This document shows, in pieces, positions 57,728 to 64,000 of a stretch of DNA of 64,000 nucleotides (its first letter is position 1; the number at the start of each line of letters is the position of its first letter). This DNA is from an uncultured delta proteobacterium. GTDB taxonomy: Bacteria > Desulfobacterota > Syntrophobacteria > BM002. Location: positions 32,001-96,000 of the forward strand of contig CAVQGX010000003.1 of the NCBI GenBank assembly GCA_963712115.1, in the 5' to 3' direction. A program made the position numbers and the translations under genes. The notes under the pieces were generated by a model. The model was not told the origin of the DNA and did not search any database. It saw only the letters and a program-made list of their open reading frames with translations.

Positions 57728-59098
57728 ATGCTAAAGAGTTACAAGTCATTACCATCCACACTCGTGGCGGACTATATTGTTCGACCGGCAGAGTCTTTCT
57801 TCAAGAAAGAGGCATCAAGCAGTGTGTTACTGCTCCTGGCCAGCTTTGTGGCAGTTGCTTGGGCCAATTCCGCTCTCGCTCCTTTTTATCATGATCTATT
57901 GCACACCCACCTCACTCTCGAGTTAGGCGAATATCAGATAACCAAGTCCCTGCTTCATTGGATCAACGATGGTCTAATGACCTATTTTATTTTTATTGTG
58001 GGGTTGGAGATAAAGCGCGAAATTTTAGTAGGCGAGCTTTCAAACCCCAAGAGTGCCCTTCTCCCCGTTGTCGCTGCCCTCGGAGGCATGCTTGTTCCCG
58101 GAGCCATTTATTTTGCCATAAATCGCGGTACTCCGACTGCCAGTGGCTGGGGCATACCCATGGCAACAGATATCGCCTTTGCCCTGGGGGCCATTGCTGT
58201 ATTCGGCCGAAAACTACCTGTGGGCTTGAGAGTTTTCCTTTCTGCCTTTGCTATTGCCGATGACCTTGGTGCCGTGGTGATTATCGCGGTCTTTTACACC
58301 AAGGAAATCGTCTGGGGTTATCTGATAATCTGCCTATTCTTCGTTGCTGGACTCGTCGTTGCCAATCTCCTCTGGATCAGGTGGGCTCTGCTCTATGCCC
58401 TGCTGGGTCTCGGCATCTGGGTTGCTGTTTTGGGTTCCGGGGTTCATCCAACGGTGGCAGGGTTCGTGGTTGCCATGTTCATCCCGGCGCGGGGTAAATA
58501 TGACACCGATAGATTCGTCAAGAAGATTAAAGAAATCATGGATGAGTTTCAATGTGAGGAACAGAGCTGCGGCTACTCTATACTACTTGACCGCGGTCAC
58601 CTCAATGCGGTGCACGCTTTGGAAATGGCCTGCCACGAGGTGGAAACCCCTTTGCAGAGGCTTGAACACTCCCTGCACCCATGGATCGCCTTTGTTTTGC
58701 TTCCCCTTTTCGCTTTTGCCAATGCAGGTCTGTCCCTCAAGGGAATCGACTTGACAAGTATTATGCATCAGCCTCTGACCTTGGGGATCACCCTGGGTCT
58801 TTTCCTCGGAAAACCTATAGGCATCGCCCTTTTTTCCTTGCTGGCCGTCAAGACAAATATAGCGGTGCTCCCCGCTGAAGTTAGGTGGTCACACATCATC
58901 GGTGCTGGCCTATTGGGCGGCATAGGCTTCACCATGTCCTTATTCGTCTCCGGACTCTCCTTTACCGCACCGGAGCTACTCAATTACGCCAAGTTGGGAA
59001 TTTTGTTGGGATCGATCCTCTCAGCATCAGCGGGACTTGTGTTCCTGGCGTGGTATTGTGCTTTCCAGGGTAAGAGAAAAGAAAACACACCCGCCTAA
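57728..59098 (+). CDS. nhaA: Na+/H+ antiporter NhaA
   Basis: WINDGLM, GLEIKRE, GWGIPMATDIAF, AIADDLGA, GIGFTMSLF. Confidence 0.95.
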   Translation: MLKSYKSLPSTLVADYIVRPAESFFKKEASSSVLLLLASFVAVAWANSALAPFYHDLLHTHLTLELGEYQITKSLLHWINDGLMTYFIFIVGLEIKREILVGELSNPKSALLPVVAALGGMLVPGAIYFAINRGTPTASGWGIPMATDIAFALGAIAVFGRKLPVGLRVFLSAFAIADDLGAVVIIAVFYTKEIVWGYLIICLFFVAGLVVANLLWIRWALLYALLGLGIWVAVLGSGVHPTVAGFVVAMFIPARGKYDTDRFVKKIKEIMDEFQCEEQSCGYSILLDRGHLNAVHALEMACHEVETPLQRLEHSLHPWIAFVLLPLFAFANAGLSLKGIDLTSIMHQPLTLGITLGLFLGKPIGIALFSLLAVKTNIAVLPAEVRWSHIIGAGLLGGIGFTMSLFVSGLSFTAPELLNYAKLGILLGSILSASAGLVFLAWYCAFQGKRKENTPA

Positions 59099-59228
59099 GG
59101 TAACTAAGCACTTTGTCGGTTGCCCTGCTTGCCCTAATCAGTTATAGTCTACTACCTCCGTATGAGATCTTCACCAGCCTTGCACAACAAAAGAATGAAG
59201 ACTGACAAGAATAGCATGGGAAAGCGGT

Positions 59229-60128
59229 ATGAACTCTTCATTGACACCTGATCGTGAGTTACGCAAAGTCATCGAAACAGCTGCCCGGGCCGACAGCAAT
59301 CTTTGCTGGGCTTGCGGCACTTGTGACAACGAATGCCCTATTAACGCCGCCAGCAACCGGCTTAGCCCGCGAAAAATTGTGAGGTTGGCCAATTATGGAT
59401 TATTGGATGAGTTGCTCGGCGAGCCGGAAATCTGGTACTGCCTGACTTGTTATCGTTGCTTCGATGGTTGTCCCAACGGAGTGAGACCGGCGGAGGTAAT
59501 CCAGTTTATTCGGGAAGAAGCTTTGCGCCGTCAAATAGTGAAATGGGAAGCGGTACAAAGCTGCAAGAGACTTTTCGGCCGTTTCCAGCGAGTCCGCTGG
59601 CACGCTACCGTGCGATGCATGGATGGGGAACTGAACGGTGTTTCTGAACAACAGTGGTACGAATGGCTGGAAACCCCCGTGGAAATGTCGCGGACCAATA
59701 TAGAGCCCAAGGGTGTTGCCAACCGGACGGTGTATTTCCGTCAGGCGGCCGATTCAAATATAACCCTCTGCCTGACTTGCAGCGAATGCACCAACTGCTG
59801 TCCGGTATTCCATGAGCGATCTATTTTTGACCCCCAAGCAATCATCCGCATGGTAAACATGGGCCTTACTGAAGAGCTCCTGGGTTCTCCGTCCATCTGG
59901 CTTTGCATCGGTTGTGGTCGCTGCAGCCAAGCCTGTACCCAGACGGTCAAGGGAAGGGAGATTATCGCCCGTCTGCGGAAAATGGCCATTGACGGCGGCT
60001 ACGTAAGCCCGCAACTGCCCAGGAGACTGAAAAAAGCCGAAAAACTAATCTATCCAAGATTGCTGGACGAAATCGATGCATGCTTTGATTTCTCCAGAGC
60101 AAGAATACCCATCTCTGCTACCGCTTAG
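59229..60128 (+). CDS. Tandem HdrC-like 4Fe-4S dicluster protein
   Basis: Two repeats of CxxCxxCxxxCP ... IW.CxxCxxCxxxC. Confidence 0.85.
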   Translation: MNSSLTPDRELRKVIETAARADSNLCWACGTCDNECPINAASNRLSPRKIVRLANYGLLDELLGEPEIWYCLTCYRCFDGCPNGVRPAEVIQFIREEALRRQIVKWEAVQSCKRLFGRFQRVRWHATVRCMDGELNGVSEQQWYEWLETPVEMSRTNIEPKGVANRTVYFRQAADSNITLCLTCSECTNCCPVFHERSIFDPQAIIRMVNMGLTEELLGSPSIWLCIGCGRCSQACTQTVKGREIIARLRKMAIDGGYVSPQLPRRLKKAEKLIYPRLLDEIDACFDFSRARIPISATA

Positions 60129-60331
60129 CCATCCCAGTCTACCCCAGCGTTTCGAGTTGGCGATTCTTTTTTGACGCCCCAGATAAAATCGACAAGCTGA
60201 TTGACAAATAGGATCAACTACGATATAAGCTAACATCCTATTTTATGATTTTTAAATGGAAGTGAAGATCAGCAGACTTTCTCTGCTGGCGAGTGCGTTA
60301 TTTATCTCTGAACTATTTGGCCACTGCCCAT

Positions 60332-60778
60332 ATGAATGCCGGAAGCAATAAAACAGAAGAGAGACTCCGTTCTTTCGAAAGCATTTGCCGCGAGCATGGT
60401 TTGAGCATAACTCCTCAAAGAGTTGCCATTTATAAAGAGTTAGTTTTCTCTGCAGAACATCCATCAGCTGTTACAATCTTTAACAAGGTAAGGGAATACT
60501 TTTCGAATATTTCATTAGATACGGTAAACCGTACCCTGTTGACTTTTTACGAGATCGGCTTGGCCAAGGTAGTTGAAAGCTCTGGGGACCCGAAGCGTTT
60601 TGACCCTAACCTAGAGCCGCACCATCATTTCAGATGCATCAGCTGTGGAGAGATTATAGATTTTCGTGATGAGTTCTACGATGCTCTGGAGATTCCTGCC
60701 GAAATCAAAGAAAAGTTTGTTGTCTTGGAGAAAAAGGTACACTTGGAAGGATTTTGTGATCAATGCAGAGCAACCTGA
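60332..60778 (+). CDS. perR: Fur family regulator, PerR-like
   Basis: TPQR.AI, HPSA, HHHFRC..CG, G.C..C; immediately upstream of katG. Confidence 0.85.
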   Translation: MNAGSNKTEERLRSFESICREHGLSITPQRVAIYKELVFSAEHPSAVTIFNKVREYFSNISLDTVNRTLLTFYEIGLAKVVESSGDPKRFDPNLEPHHHFRCISCGEIIDFRDEFYDALEIPAEIKEKFVVLEKKVHLEGFCDQCRAT

Positions 60779-60806
60779 AAGATTATCAACGAAAGGAGGA
60801 AACATT

Positions 60807-63004
<2,198 letters not shown>

Positions 63005-63135
63005 TCGTAGCATAAACGTCTTCGAGGGCTTCTGAAGCGTATTCTGAACTGCAAATCGGATGATCAGGAAGCGATAACCGCCACGAATTGACGGATGTTT
63101 TGAACGCTCACGGAGGCTATTAGCAACATATGAGC

Positions 63136-63174
63136 GCGGCGTTTCAATACAATCTGAAACGCCGCCCTTTCTTT
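63136..63174 (+). terminator. Putative intrinsic terminator downstream of katG
   Basis: GCGGCGTTTCA-N8-TGAAACGCCGC followed by CCTTTCTTT. Confidence 0.45.
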
Positions 63175-64000
63175 AGGCCCTTACAGTCTGCTGGTCACAG
63201 AATCGGAGCCAAAAACACATAACAAGCGCCTCAAGGGTGACACCTTCCGCGTTGCTCCAGGCGCACCTTAGGCGAGCGTTCAAGGATAATTATCCTATAC
63301 ACGATTTTCAGTCGCTCCTAAGAATCAACCATACATTTCGTAAGCATGATCATCCACAGCATCCTGTGGTCAATGGGTTAAGACAAACCCGGAGACAAAT
63401 GCTATAGATGTGAAGTCCTGGATGTCTTCGAAACCTTGCCATACGCATATCATATGTGAACTTTCTTAAAAGTTAACATCTTGGCAAGAAACGCACCAGA
63501 GTACCAGAAAAAGATCAACTCTTTTTTTGCCCTTCTTTCGAGACAACACTTCCCCTGTGCCGGTTTAGCCCGGTTTTTTTGAGCTTTTGTGAAACCGAGG
63601 TGAAAGCTCACAGTCATGGATATCTGCAGTTCGGCGTAGCCGGTGGTTACCCCCCGCCCATGGTGTCCGACTTTGGCAAACTGGTATGACAAGATCTTCT
63701 GTTCTGTCCAGGATCAGAGTACCTTGGAGCCATAAGGGTTCGGACGGACAGGGTGAGGCATTCTTGCCATAGCCGTCGATGATCTCGCTCGCATTGTCGA
63801 GCACCGCGGCAGTTATGTTGAAAGCCATCCTGTCCGCCGAAACTACAAAGTTCTCTCGCTGTTGCTGCCATCTGCGTTTTCAGGCTGGGGTTATAGCTTG
63901 AGTTTTATCCCATAGATCTCCTGTACAATATGTCGCCATTGACCTAAGGGGTTGTGCTTTGCAAAGGCTACTTTGAGTGCATCGGCTTTATTCCATTTTT

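Overview
Gene-dense chromosomal window. Gene content (ECF cbiMQO, HdrC-like, DUF362, PilZ proteins, sigma54 promoters, a probable UGA-Sec gene) suggests an anaerobic Desulfobacterota/deltaproteobacterium; this is inference. Main blocks: (1) 1-7.7 kb, minus-strand operon resembling mycothiol biosynthesis (MshA-like glycosyltransferase, MshB-like deacetylase, GNAT, two Gfo/Idh/MocA dehydrogenases). It has no MshC in the window but carries a peptidase-S51/CysRS-anticodon-domain fusion. (2) 8-13.8 kb, a ParA-CBM48 fusion with an HTH/coiled-coil/TM/DUF4115 partner, a free CBM48 and several sigma54-driven small genes. (3) A His-tailed DMT and a Ni/Co ECF transporter with a leader terminator. (4) 22-35 kb, an interleaved alternative complex III plus cbb3 oxidase operon. 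(5) Citrate synthase and assorted enzymes and lipoproteins. (6) A YtkA/FixH-like gene with an in-frame UGA followed by a SECIS-like hairpin (probable unannotated selenoprotein), coupled to a DsbD_2/TauE gene. (7) azoR, nhaA, a tandem HdrC-like gene, perR and a GC-rich, frameshifted katG. Many intergenic spacers hold mosaics of short degenerate tandem repeats, long hairpins and MITE-like elements. No rRNA, tRNA or CRISPR array was seen. All family calls come from motif recognition by eye, not from database searches.
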